A stretch of 64,000 bases of DNA from Diplonema japonicum (taxonomy: Eukaryota; Protista; Euglenozoa: Diplonemea): NCBI GenBank assembly GCA_964019335.1, contig OZ025714.1:433901-497900 (forward strand). Reading direction: 5' to 3'. Below are positions 43,099 to 54,769 of this stretch, piece by piece. Every line of letters starts with the position of its first letter. Positions within the stretch are counted from its first letter, which is position 1. A program made the translations under genes and the position numbers. The notes under the pieces were generated by a model. The model was not told the origin of the DNA and did no database searches. It was given only the letters and a program-made list of their open reading frames with translations.

Positions 43099-43896
43099 TT
43101 TATTTATTTTAACTGGTCGTGTTTGTAAGTCACAAGATTGATTTTTGAAAAACCCAATGTCCAGCATTTTCCGAGCTTCGGGCAGAAAATACCACGATTT
43201 CATTCCGTTCTGTTTATGGACACTAAATAAGATTTTGAGGAATCCCGACTTTCGGATTTAGAATAGTCCTTAATGTGTTGAGTACACCCATGCTAAACCG
43301 CCCGGTACTTCAGGCTGTGCTCATATTGGTCTCGATATGGTCCTGCACTTCGAGGCCATGTGATTGTCATGATGCAGGATCTTGCCCATCGTTGTCTTGT
43401 ACCGCTGGCAGCAAGCCATTTGGTTTCAAAGAGCCAAAGAACCGTGCAACTGGGAACATGCGTAACCGAGGCCTGGGAGGCCAAAAGGTATTGCTTTGTC
43501 ACACAAGCGGGGATATTGACCTATATTGCCAAGGGAGAGGTGTCCTCCTTTCGTTTTGGGGGATGAAAAGCGAAGTAAAATAAAATAAACAGGTAAAAAC
43601 ACAAGAATATAGAAGAAAGAAGAAAGAAAATTTGCCGATGATCAGAAACACTCTTTCGTTTGTGACTCTTTTAATAAATAACTAGTGTTTCTGCTCATGA
43701 GCAAACAATGCTTTTTTTTTTTTTTTGATTTTCCTCTTTTTTTTTCTTCGTTTGCTTTTCTTTTAGAATGCCACAATTTTTAAGGAGATGGAGAAAAAAA
43801 AGTATCATGGCCCTCTGAGGCTTCAGGGCCATACGTTTGCAGCCCAGCACCGCTGTGGATGAAGGAATGTTTAAAAGAAGAGGAAATGCTATTCAT

Positions 43897-43937
<41 letters not shown>

Positions 43938-44472
43938 CGTAATTTACTTTACATACTAGCTATTTCCCTAAAAATGAAACACGCTATGGTGGGCAACTGT
44001 CTCAAAAGGAAAAAAAAAATATATCTCTGACATGGATGCGGCAAAGTCTAGTTTGTAACGACGTCTGCACTACCCACGGAGCATGGCGATCAATAAATAA
44101 GAAAATCGAATAGGAAAAGGGATAATAAAACAACAACAGAAACAGTTATGTTGTCCTTTTTTTTGCCCTCCTTTTCACACTTCTTTTTCTTTGCTTTCTC
44201 TTTTTTATTTATTTATTTATTTATTCTTTTTTTTTCTTTCTATTCGGTAAAAAGCTTATTTGGTTCACTCTTCATCATTTTCTTCACTCTCATAATCACA
44301 CACCCGTGTAATTAGCAAATATCGAGGCAAATAACGGAAGGTGGAACAGGCATTATTCGTTATAAAATGGCTATTTTTATTTTATATTCTTTTTATTTTC
44401 TTTATACTTTTATTGTTTCTTTTGACACTGGCTTCTTTTTTCTACAACCCGGGCATCCTGTTGTGATACTTA

Positions 44473-47245
44473 TTATTTGTTCATCAGTGCACACCTTGCT
44501 TTGGTAACGGCTGGTGAAGACACCAAGTTCTTCCCGTCCAGTAGGCAGTCACCCGTCATTTTAGCATCTTTCTGTGCATACATGATGGGTGCCGGCAAGG
44601 CAATGGGGCCTTGCCAGTTGTAGTACATGGAGGCCAGACTGTTGGCTAGCCTTTCATATTTGTCAGGGTTCAATTTTTCACCTTCGAAGTGAAGACACTT
44701 GTACTTCACCGCACAAGGGCTACCAATGTTGGCAACCTGTGCCAAAAGGAAGAATTCGAAGGCCTTCGGGTGTGTCACCGTATTGTCGATGACAGTGCCA
44801 CTTGGGGGGGCTCCGTCTGAGGTAATCGTGCCGATCAGACTCCCGTCCTTGTCCTTGCCTTGCGTAAAGGACGCAATCCTGAGGTGCGAATTCCTCAATA
44901 CCAAGAAAAAGGTGACCTTCGCCTTGACACCCATGTCCTGCAAGCACTTCTTGATCTTCGCGATCTCCTCCAACATGATAAGAGGGATCTCTCCCTCGGA
45001 GCCGCCTTCCCTCAAGAACACGATCTCTTTCGGGTAAGACTTGTTGGCAGCGTGGTACTCTTTCAGTGCGTTGTTGAAGGGCTCCTGTAGCTCTTTAGAG
45101 ATAGTGGCACCAGCCTGCAGCACAACCCTTTGCATGTAATAATCCTTCATCTCGTTATCAGTTGAGGAAGCAATCCCCATGATGGAGCATTTGGCTCCTC
45201 TACCTGCTCCGTCGCCAGGGTGATGCGTTGCGATTCCCACCACCATCGTGTCAGGGAAACTGCAGCCCTGCACCTTCCACAAAGGATTACCCCTCTTCAC
45301 ATGCATCTGTGCCGCTACATTGTTGGCGCAGGACTTTGTCTTTGAACCTGTGAACGTCTCAGTTTTGATAACCTGCGAGGCCACACCGTGGCTGTGCGTG
45401 GCCCTCTTCACCTCTTCGTAAGCCCCGTCATCTTTCTTGTCAGCCACGAACAGGTACATGTCAGCTTTGTTGCCGAACTCCTCAACAGTGCTGCGGACAC
45501 ATTTTGCACTGAATTCGGGGACCCATTGCTCCCTGAAATCGATTTTCTTTCCACCGGCAAAGTGAGACAGCGAGTTGTTGAGGATCCTCTTGATGTCCTT
45601 CCATGTCCCCTCACCCCTCTTGGGCACCATAACAAGAATATTTGCAAGTTTCCTTGATACTTCGATGCAGCCTGTGGTAGGGGTCGGGTTCTGCGGCCTC
45701 CTGTCGATGTCGAACCTCCACGAGGTTCCCTTCTTTGTGTACCCCTGTGACATCTCGATTGTAGGGTTTTCCAGCTCCCTGGAGTTGGCAACAAGGAAGC
45801 CCTTCTGTGCCGTGAGGCCCCACTTCGTCCCGACGGGCTTGAACACCTTTAAAAAGGAGATTGTCAAGCTTTTGATTTTCTTAAATCTCTCGTTTGGCCT
45901 CACGGCACACATTTCAGTCATCTTTTTCCTGATCTCCGTCCCGCCGATCTGGGGTGCAAGTCCCGTCACCCTCAAAGTGCTCGGCAGATAGTACTCTGTT
46001 ACCGTGTCCATATCGCCCGTGTCCTTGTTCTTCCTCAAGGCCTTGTGAACCAGCAGCGGCTGCCCCGGGGGGACCTTTTCACCGTACGTTTTTTCCACGT
46101 ACTCCTTCATCGTCATTCCCTTCAACTGTAGGGGTTCATTTCTTGCATCTTGCAGCATACCTCATCAAGCTTGGTATTCTCGTTCTTGGAAGTGTCCACT
46201 CCGTCGATGTGCACAGTGCGCTTCTTTTTGTCCTTCGCGTCGTAGGTGGTCATCATAATCTGTGGGTTGCTTTGCATGTTAGGATTTGTGAGTATCATAC
46301 CGTGTCCTGCACCTTTCCTTCTAAAAACCTGTGGTTCCTCTTGTCATCCAGCTGAAGTTCTTCGAAGCAAGTGTCCATGCTGATCACTTTGTGCACGACG
46401 TCGACAGTGATGCAAAGCCCCGATCCTGTCTGGGCAGGGGTCAGGGTCATGTACAGACCAGGGACGATGTACTTCCTCATGCCAGGGATGTTCCTTCTCT
46501 CGTTCATGTCATAGTAGACACGGCTGATCCTTTGGAATTCACTGTTGTCGAGGGTGCTCTTCATAATCTTCGAGAAGATGGTAATGACATCCTGTGTGAT
46601 CTTAGTGGTGGTGATCTCTGTTGTCCTCTTCACCACGAACTTGAACTCCTTGGAGAGCTGCTTGGCCCAGTCCTGGGTCGGTTTGTATGCAACATCCTTG
46701 TCCTTGAGCTCGTTGCTGGTGTAGACGATGTCGCCTGCCACAACACATTCCACCCCTGGGTACTGGTTCTTCATAATCTCTTCAACGAGGGTGATGTGCC
46801 TCCTCCTCTGCTTTACCTCGGGGGTCAGCTTCACGTCGTATTGGTACATTGTTGTATTCGGTGCAAACTTCATTTCAATGCAACTGGTGACCACCTCACT
46901 CTTCTTTCCCTTGTCCCCCTCCGCAGCACCCGGGAGCTTCTCCATCAGCTTGCTGAACTCCTGCTTCAGGTTGGTTAAGACGTCACGAGACGGCTTCTCA
47001 ACAGACAGTCTCGGTGCCCTGTCGCTGAAGGAAAACCCTTGAACGACATTGTCAGCAGCGCCACCGCTCTTTTCTGTGAACCTAATCGGCATCTCCACAG
47101 GCGGGCCTTTGCCACCGCCACCTTTGCCGCCGCCACCTTTGCCACCACCCTTACCACCTTTCCCTCCCTTATCGCCCTTACCGCCGCCCTTATCGCCCTT
47201 ACCGCCACCCTTGTACCCTCCTTTTCCTCCCTTATCACCACCCAT
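44473..47245 (-). CDS. PIWI/Argonaute-family protein (N-PAZ-MID-PIWI); introns 46260-46300 and 46126-46160
   Basis: The two ORFs join via 41- and 35-nt GTATG..CAG introns flanking a 99-nt exon. YQYDV, QPLLV, YEEVK..SQVI..QMHVKRG, PPSGTVID and YYNWQGPIALPAP motifs. Confidence 0.92.
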
Positions 47246-47539
47246 ATTTAGTTGATTTATTGAAGGCTGTGTGTTGGTAGTTTTAGAGACGAAATAAAAA
47301 GAAGGAAGAAAAAAAATCACAAAAGATCATAACCCACTCCCTGCCTCCCAACTGTCTTGGGCATAATCATAAAATATACTGTTCAAGCATGTAGTAAGAT
47401 AGAGTCCAACAGTGATCTCCTGTTCAAAATCCGGTTTGAAAGAGCCAAGGCACATGGGCCTGTAGCTGGTGACTGTGGAGTTTACATGTCAAGTTACCTT
47501 GCAAAAACTGTCAATATTTGGGAAATCCCAAAAAAAGCT

Positions 47540-47880
47540 GGCACACCACATGCATTAAGGACACAATGCAGAACGCAGAAGAAGACAATAACACAACAAC
47601 TCAGCCGAGGTGCCCCTGTAATCAGGTGGGCAGTGCTTGTGCACGGTGCCACCAACACTGGGGAAAAAAACCGCCAGCACTGGCCTCCTTTATCTCCTAT
47701 ATATTATTTTCAGACACAATCGTAAACTGCATGAGCTCAGAATCTTGGTTACCAGGGTGCCATGGCTGGAGTTGAGCTGCACACCACACGCATTAATGTG
47801 CTGTCTTGTCGCTGCAATGGAAGTGTTGTGGTGATATAGTCACCACTTTCGACCTTGATGATGCAAAGAGGGGGGGAAAA
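47540..47880 (-). repeat. Inverted, fragmented copy of the dispersed repeat family found at 49.5-50.1, 51.6-52.2 and 54.8-56.4 kb
   Basis: CATTAAGGACACAATGCAGAACGCAGAAGAAG is the reverse complement of the family core; 47820-47870 is the reverse complement of about 55275-55322. Confidence 0.75.
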
Positions 47881-48119
47881 AAAAAAAGAGACTACTGTAA
47901 AACAAAAATCCACCGGAAGATAAAATATCCGGACCGCCGAAACATCCGGTGATTTTTTCTTCCAGACATTTTATCTTCCGGACATTTTTTTGGGGCACTT
48001 TTCAAGGGGGTACCAAGCCTGTCCTACGCACTGTCCCCTCCCCCTGTCTGCTGCATGTTTCCCTGGAAAAACTTATGTTTCTGTTGCAGGAGTCTTAAAA
48101 ATGGCAAAAATATGACTAA

Positions 48120-48255
48120 TTGCGACCCGCAGTAACAGGTGCAACGGGGATAAACCTGCGACCCGCAGTAACGGGTGCAACGGGGATAGACCTGTGACCC
48201 GCAGTAACGGGGATAGGCCTGCGACCCGCAGTAACGGGTGCGACGGGGATAGACC
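48120..48255. repeat. Minisatellite, about 4 units of CCTGCGACCCGCAGTAACGGGTGCAACGGGGATAGA
   Basis: Direct tandem copies are visible. Confidence 0.85.
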
Positions 48256-48669
48256 TTGGAGCATACCAAAGCAGTTCCCAGTCTGATATACTGGACGTTG
48301 GCACCGTGATGTCTTCCTTCACGCGGTACCAGCCCTGGGCCGCCGTGGTACCATGGCTGGCTGCATAGCGGCCTATTTTGGCCTTTTCAGCCTCATTTAC
48401 ACAGGAAAAACAGAACCAGCTCGCTGCAGGAAATACCCCGGGTCCGTCCCTCATGTTGCACCCCCCCCAAAAAAAAGGCTGGAGTTTAACAGCTTCGAAA
48501 TCTCACTGGGCTACCCAAGAAACGCTGGGTAAAACGTGTCTTTCTCCCCTGTTGCTATAAACTTATTAAGTCATCGGGCTGGGCACCCAACGAGCCCATC
48601 CAGTGTTGGTCAGTCCCGTCCCGTCCCCTAAAACGGAATACGGGCCTGGACGGGACTCACGGGACTCCA

Positions 48670-48843
48670 TCCTTGGTCCGTGTTTCAAGACGGGTAGTGC
48701 AAGGTCGCAATGTCTGATGCCTACTCTGCGGGAGTTCACCTGCAGCAGCACAGCGAGGGCAAGGACGTTTCCCGGAGGAGCAGCCACTTACGTCCCGACA
48801 GTACTACAACAAACTTACCTCCTCGAGCAGATACGTATCCTGA
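48670..48843 (-). pseudogene. LSU (28S) rDNA fragment inserted in a repeat
   Basis: TCCTTGGTCCGTGTTTCAAGACGGG is the reverse complement of the conserved LSU segment 3' of D2. The 174 bp are absent from the sister copies. Confidence 0.75.
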
Positions 48844-48909
48844 CGGGACGGGACTCGACGGGACTCACGGGACTCTCCCCAACACTGTCATTATTTTTGA
48901 TAGTTTTGC

Positions 48910-48944
<35 letters not shown>

Positions 48945-49614
48945 CCCCTTTCATAGTGTCCAGGGCAGTGTTGGTCAGTCCCGTCCCGTCCCCTAAAACG
49001 GAATACGGGCCTGGACGGGACTCATGGGACTCCACGGGACGGGACTCGACGGGACTCACGGGACTCACGGGACTTTCCCCAACACTGTCATTATTTTTGA
49101 TAGTTTTGCAACTTTTTTTTTTTTTTTTCTTTTTTTCCCTTTGGGAAAAAAAAAAAAAAAAAAATGGGGAAAAAAAATAGAGAAAAAAATCCTTGATTTT
49201 TTTTGACATACATGATGTGTTTACCTTTTTTTTTTTTTTTTTCCTTCTTTTTTTCTTGTCTTCTCACATTTTTTCGCGCACCTAAGCCAAGCTGTTGTTT
49301 CTGCTTTCCGCATCAAATGTTGTATTTGGATGTAATAGAAAAGGGGAAATAATAAATAATATGTACAAGAGGAGGATGTGTATGTTTATACAACCTGTGT
49401 AAACAGATCGGTTCCTTGCTTTCAGCGCCGTGCCCCTAATGCGTGCGATGTACAGCTCAACCCCTGCATCGCACTGCCTGTTTGTTGCACATATTTTCAT
49501 GTTATCCCCCCCCCACCTGAAAATAATATATAGGAGATAAATATATGAGTTAAAGGAGGCTGGTGTTGGCAGCACCCTGCACAAGAACTGTCTACTTGAT
49601 TACAGGGGGGCGCA

Positions 49615-49920
49615 CCACAGCCGAGTTGTAGCTTCTTCTGCGTTCTGCATCGTTTCCTTAATCACCGTGGCCGGGATGTAGCTTCTTCTGCGTTCCGCAT
49701 CGTGCCCTTAATCACTGCAGCCAGGTTGTAACTTCTTGCATTCCATGTCATTTCCTTAACCACCACGGCCGGGTTGTAGCTTCTTCTGCGTTCTGCGTCG
49801 TGTCCTTAATCACCGTGGCCGAGTTGTAGCTTTTTGTGTTCCGTGTCATTTCCTTAATCACGATGGCCGGACGGCCGGGTTGTAGCCTCTTCTGCGTTCT
49901 GTGTCGTGTCCTTAATGTGT
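49615..49920. repeat. About 50-bp tandem repeat (about 6 units); second array at 51695-51995
   Basis: GGCCGGGTTGTAGCTTCTTCTGCGTTCTGCGTCGTGTCCTTAATCACC units. Confidence 0.85.
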
Positions 49921-50083
49921 GTGGTGTTCAGCTCAACCCCCAGCCAGGGCACCCCAGGTAACCAAGATTCTGCGCTTGTGTTGTTTGCTCAGTGATGACA
50001 GATGAGGAGGTCAACAGCAAACAACACATCTGATGTTTTTCTTATATTTTCATGTTGTCCCCACCACCTGAAAAAGAAGATAA

Positions 50084-50123
<40 letters not shown>

Positions 50124-50129
<6 letters not shown>

Positions 50130-50695
50130 TTCACTCTTCGTCATTTTCTTCACTCACTAGGGGCCTCATTATTTAACGCGAAATGGCCATTATTTAACGC
50201 GAAACGGCCATTATTTAACGCGAAATCGCCATTATTTAACTAGTTAAATAATGAGATTTTGCAGTTAAATAATGGCCCTTCAGAGTGAAAAAATGGGTCT
50301 TGTCGTGGAAAAAAATGCACCCAACCCCTTGAAAAATTTTTTTGGGGTGGGGGTATTTTGACTATTTTTGGCCATCTGAGGCCATTCCAGCCCTTAAAAG
50401 TGGGAATAAGTGCCTTACTTCCCCTTTAAATGCCACGGCGAAATAGCTACCCTGTATTACCTTAGGAAAATCCCCAAAAAGCTGACCTGCGTGAAAAAAA
50501 ACAGCAGTGAAAGCAGTGAAGAGTGAGTGACTCAAATGACGAAGAGTGAAATAAAACGACTTACTTGCCGCCAAATGAGCCATTATTTAACACTCGTTAC
50601 CCGTTTTTTTGCACTCGGGCCCTGCGGGCCCTCGTGCAAAAAATTCGGGAACTCGAGTTAAATAATGACTCATTATTTGTTGGCAATAAATAGTT
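50124..50695. mobile_element. MITE/foldback-like insertion in a poly-T tract
   Basis: About 35-bp inverted repeats at 50124-50158 and 50522-50556, plus a hairpin at 50574-50674. Absent from the sister copy, where poly-T runs straight into GCATTGTAC (~52193). Confidence 0.7.
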
Positions 50696-52160
50696 ATTTT
50701 TTTTTTTTTTGCATTGTACTTTTCTTGCAAAGGCCTCTTTTTAATATTTTTTTCAAAGCAGGTCTCCAAACCCCCTGACATTTTTTTTAATTTTTTTTTT
50801 TTAATTTTTCCTCCAAACCCCCTGACATTTTTGTTTTTTTTTTTTAACATAGTCACAACAAGGTAGTATGAGCCTTGCCTCACATCCCACCCAAACCTAG
50901 GACCTCTTTTTTTGAACCTTTGAAACCAAAAGTACCAAAAAAATGCAAGCCCCAGCCTAAATTTGGGCCTTTGTGACACAAAAAACACAAAGAAATTTCT
51001 TGGTCCCAAGAGTCCCCTGAGTCCCTTGAGTCCCTCCAGACCCCTGAGTCCAGTGTTGGTCAGTCCCGTCCCGTCCCCTAAAACGGAATACGGGCCTGGA
51101 CGGGACTCACGGGACTCCACGGGACGGGACTCGACGGGACTCACGGGACTCACGGGACTCTCCCCAACACTGTCATTATTTTTGATAGTTTTGCAACTTT
51201 TTTTTTTTTTTTTTTTTTTTTTTTCCCTTTGGAAAAAAAAAATGGGGAAAAAAAAAAGAGAAAAAAATCCTTGATTTTTTTTTTGACATACATGATGTGT
51301 TTACCTTTTTTTTTTTTTCCTTCTTTTTTTCTTGTCCTTCTCACATTTTATCGCACACCTAAGCCAAGCTGTTGTTTCTACTTTCCGCATCAAATGTTGT
51401 ATTTGGATGTAATAGAAAAGGGGGGAAATAATAAATAATATGTACAAGAGGAGGGTATGTTTATACAACCTGTGTAAACAGATCGGTTCCTTGCTTTCAG
51501 CACCATGCCCCTAATGTGCAATGTACAGCTCAACCCCTGCATTGCACTGCCTGTTTGTTGCACATATTTTCATGTTATCCCCCCCCCCCCCACCTGAAAA
51601 TAATAGAAAGGAGATAAATATATGAGTTAAAGGAGGCTGGTGTTGGCAGCACCCTGCACAAGAACTGTCTACTTGATTACAGGGGGTGCACCACAGCCGA
51701 GTTGTAGCTTCTTCTGCGTTCCGCGTCGTTTCCTTAATCACCACGGCCAGGATGTAGCTTCTTCTGCGTTCCGCATCGTGCCCTTAATCACTGCAGCCAG
51801 GTTGTAACTTCTTGCATTCCATGTCATTTCCTTAACCACCACGGCCAGGTTGTAGCTTCTTCTGTGTTCTGCATTGTGTCCTTAATCACTGTGGCCGAGT
51901 TGTAGCTTTTTTGTGTTCCGTGTCATTTCCTTAATCACGATGGCCGGACGGCCGGGTTGTAGCTTCTTCTGCGTTCTGTGTTGTGTCCTTAATGTGTGTG
52001 GTGTTCAGCTCAACCCCCAGCCAGGGCACCCCAGGTAACTAAGATTCTGTGCTTGTGTGGTTTGCTCAGTGATGACAGATGAGGAGGTCAACAGTGAACA
52101 ACACATCTGATGTTTTTCTTATATTTTCATGTTGTCCCCACCACCTGAAAAAGAAGATAA

Positions 52161-52195
<35 letters not shown>

Positions 52196-52280
52196 ATTGT
52201 ACTTTTCTTGCAAAGGCCTCTTTTTAATATTTTTTTCAAATCAGGTCTCCAAACCCCCTGACATTTTTTTTAATTTTTTT

Positions 52281-52818
52281 TTTTTTTTTTACATAGTCAC
52301 AACAAGGTAGTATGAGCCTTGCCTCACATCCCACCCAAACCTAGGACCTCTTTTTTTGAACCTTTGAAACCAAAAGTACCAAAAAAATGCAAGCCCCAGC
52401 CTAAATTTGGGTCTTTGTGACACAAAAAACACAAAGAAATTTTTTGGTCCCAAGAGTCCCCTGAGTCCCCTCCGGACCCCTGAGTCCCCTGAGTCCCTTG
52501 AGTCCCCTGAGTCCCCTCCAGACCCCTGAAAATTTCAGGGGACTCCTGTCCTGTCCCTTGGAGTCCCCTGAGTCCCTCAAGGGTCTGGACCAACACTGGT
52601 CTGGAGGGGACTCAGAGGACTCTGGGGACTGGAGGGACTCAGGGGACTCAGGGGACTCTTGGGACCAAAAAATTTCTTTGTGTTTTTTGTGTCACAAAGA
52701 CCCAAATTTAGGCTGGGGCTTGCATTTTTTTGGTACTTTTGGTTTCAAAGGTTCAAAAAAAGAGGTCCTAGGTTTGGGTGGGATGTGAGGCAAGGCTCAT
52801 ACTACCTTGTTGTGACTA

Positions 52819-52851
<33 letters not shown>
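52281..52851. repeat. Long inverted repeat (about 200-bp arms)
   Basis: 52281-52480 is the reverse complement of about 52640-52851. Confidence 0.9.
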
Positions 52852-52854
<3 letters not shown>

Positions 52855-53459
52855 TTAGACCACCTTCTGTTTTGTTGGTGCAACACTTTGTTTAATAAGT
52901 TGCAAAGAACCAGTGAGGTTGTCCAGGTTGGCAATAAGACAGCCAAGGGTAGAGGCCTCTTTCTGGGATGCATTTGCTTTGTAGCTTTTGCAAAAGGGTT
53001 CACCACCTGTGTAAGGAACTGCAGATCTGAGATGAAGGTCTTTTGTTTGTAGGAGGGGGTCTGAGAGAAGAAAGAGGAAGAAAAAAAAAAGTTTGTGAGC
53101 AGCAGCCTTATCTATCCCATTCACCCAAACAACCCAACTCGTTTACCAGAAGAGGAAAAAAAGAGAACAAGTGTGAAATGGGAGGGAGAAAAAGAAAGGA
53201 TAGGGCTTGGCCAGCCAAAAAAAAAAAGAGGTTTATTTAAAAAAAAAAAAGTCTTGGAGTTCAAGCACATAGCAGTTGGTTAGTTATTTGACCCCACTTG
53301 GACTGAAAAAAATCTTTCAAAAATCACTTTAGGAATTTTCCTTAAGGTCTAAATGGCCACCTGAAAATCACAAATCAAGCTTCATTTTAGGATCTTTAAC
53401 TTCTCATAAACCTGTACTTCTTTTGTCAGATTGACCAGTTTGACTACCCAAGGCATGTT

Positions 53460-54500
53460 GAGCAGCTGGCTTGTGAGGGGCCCAACTTTGGTGCTGAGCC
53501 AGCTCACCCCTGAGATAAACTCCTTACACTGGGCCAGTACAAACCCCTGATCACTGTTGTCTCACAGTGCTTGAGTGCCATCTCCAGGGCTGTCAGCTCT
53601 GCCTGGCAGCTGTCACCATATTGGCATGAGTCTCTGATCAGGTACACCTCGCTCCCTGTGGCAGTCTGGACATAGGCTCCTGCACCTCCATCTGTGTACA
53701 CAGTGACATCAGCTTTGGGCAGCTTCTGGAGTACTTCTTCTCCATATGTCTTTTTATTTGGCCCTGATGCCATCATACATATCTTCATCTTTGATAGATT
53801 TAGGCCCCACTTTTCTGACCACCCACACACCATGTCCAGCACTTCATACTGTTTCCACTTGCCACAACAGCCATGTGCAAACAGTGAGTAATCAGTCCAG
53901 TGTCCACACCCACTTTGTGCAATCTTGTTGCTATGTCATCGCCCCAAGGCAGAGCTTGCTGTTGACTTCATAGCAATGGAGAGACAAAGAAACAAAATGT
54001 GATGCCTTCCTGAAAGAACACTGTCTCTTCTGGGGTCCCCTGCAACAGGGAAAGATATCCAAGGATGCAGAGTCCCCCTTGGTCACCCAAAGAGGAGGAG
54101 TTGCCCTATGACCTACATAAAGGGTGGGACAAGATGAAGGCGAAAGCCTAAGAAGAAGTAAGGCACAAGAAGTGCTGGACATGGTGTGGGTGGTCAGAAA
54201 AGTGGGGCCTAAATCTGTCAAAGATGAAGACATGCATGATGGCATCAGGACCAAACAAAAAGACAGAATGCAGACCAGTTGTACCACAAGGATGTGGCAG
54301 GGCAGCAAACTCTGGTAATGTACCAAGAAGAGCCAGTGTTCCTTAGGGTGAAATTCGATGAGAAGATGAACTTCAGGGCACACTTTGTATTCATGATCAA
54401 ACGCTTCTGGCAATGCACAGCAGTCATGAAGGCACTTGCAGGCACCAACCAAGCATCAACCCTCTGCACTGTCTACCTCACCTATGTCTTACCTGTGGCA
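53460..54500. mobile_element. Rearranged Ingi/I-group retrotransposon relic (RT C-terminus, RNase H)
   Basis: Minus strand: VTVYTDG..SCQAELTALEMAL (RNase H). Plus strand: PVFLRVKFDEKMNF..LCTVYLTYVLPV. Internal inversion 53745-53845 / 54165-54260. Confidence 0.7.
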
Positions 54501-54769
54501 GTGATGGGTGAATCTGGTCTGGTCCAGTGTACCCATTTTACCAGACTGACCAGACTGACTGGATCAGCCAGACTGACCAGACTCAAAAATTTTCTGCAAT
54601 TTTTGACACACCTGCAAACACTTTTTTTTCAAATATTTTTGGACAATGATTTTTTTTTTTTTTTTTTTTGCCTTTTTTTTTTTTTTTTTTTTTTTTTCTT
54701 TTTCTTCTTCTTCATACCACAGACATGCACAGCTCCATCAAGCCATTTGCACCTTCTACTCCAGTGCAC

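Larger units (their letters stand above)
48601..52598. mobile_element. Tandem non-autonomous hAT-like TIR element copies (starts at 48601, 48966, 51051)
   Basis: Each copy starts CAGTGTTGGTC; the inverted terminus GACCAACACTG lies at 52588-52598. Subterminal GGGACTC repeats on the left and GAGTCCC on the right. Copies 48966-51050 and 51051-52500 align. Confidence 0.7.

Noticed and set aside
46126-46300. Split or frameshifted PIWI, or stop-codon reassignment
   Set aside because: Two canonical introns restore one frame, and all three stops terminate genes normally in this window.
118-47255. Numerous plus-strand ORFs
   Set aside because: Antisense shadows of minus-strand genes or poly-A/T low-complexity frames.
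49615-52000. CRISPR-like array
   Set aside because: Contiguous tandem units without unique spacers, no cas genes, eukaryotic context.
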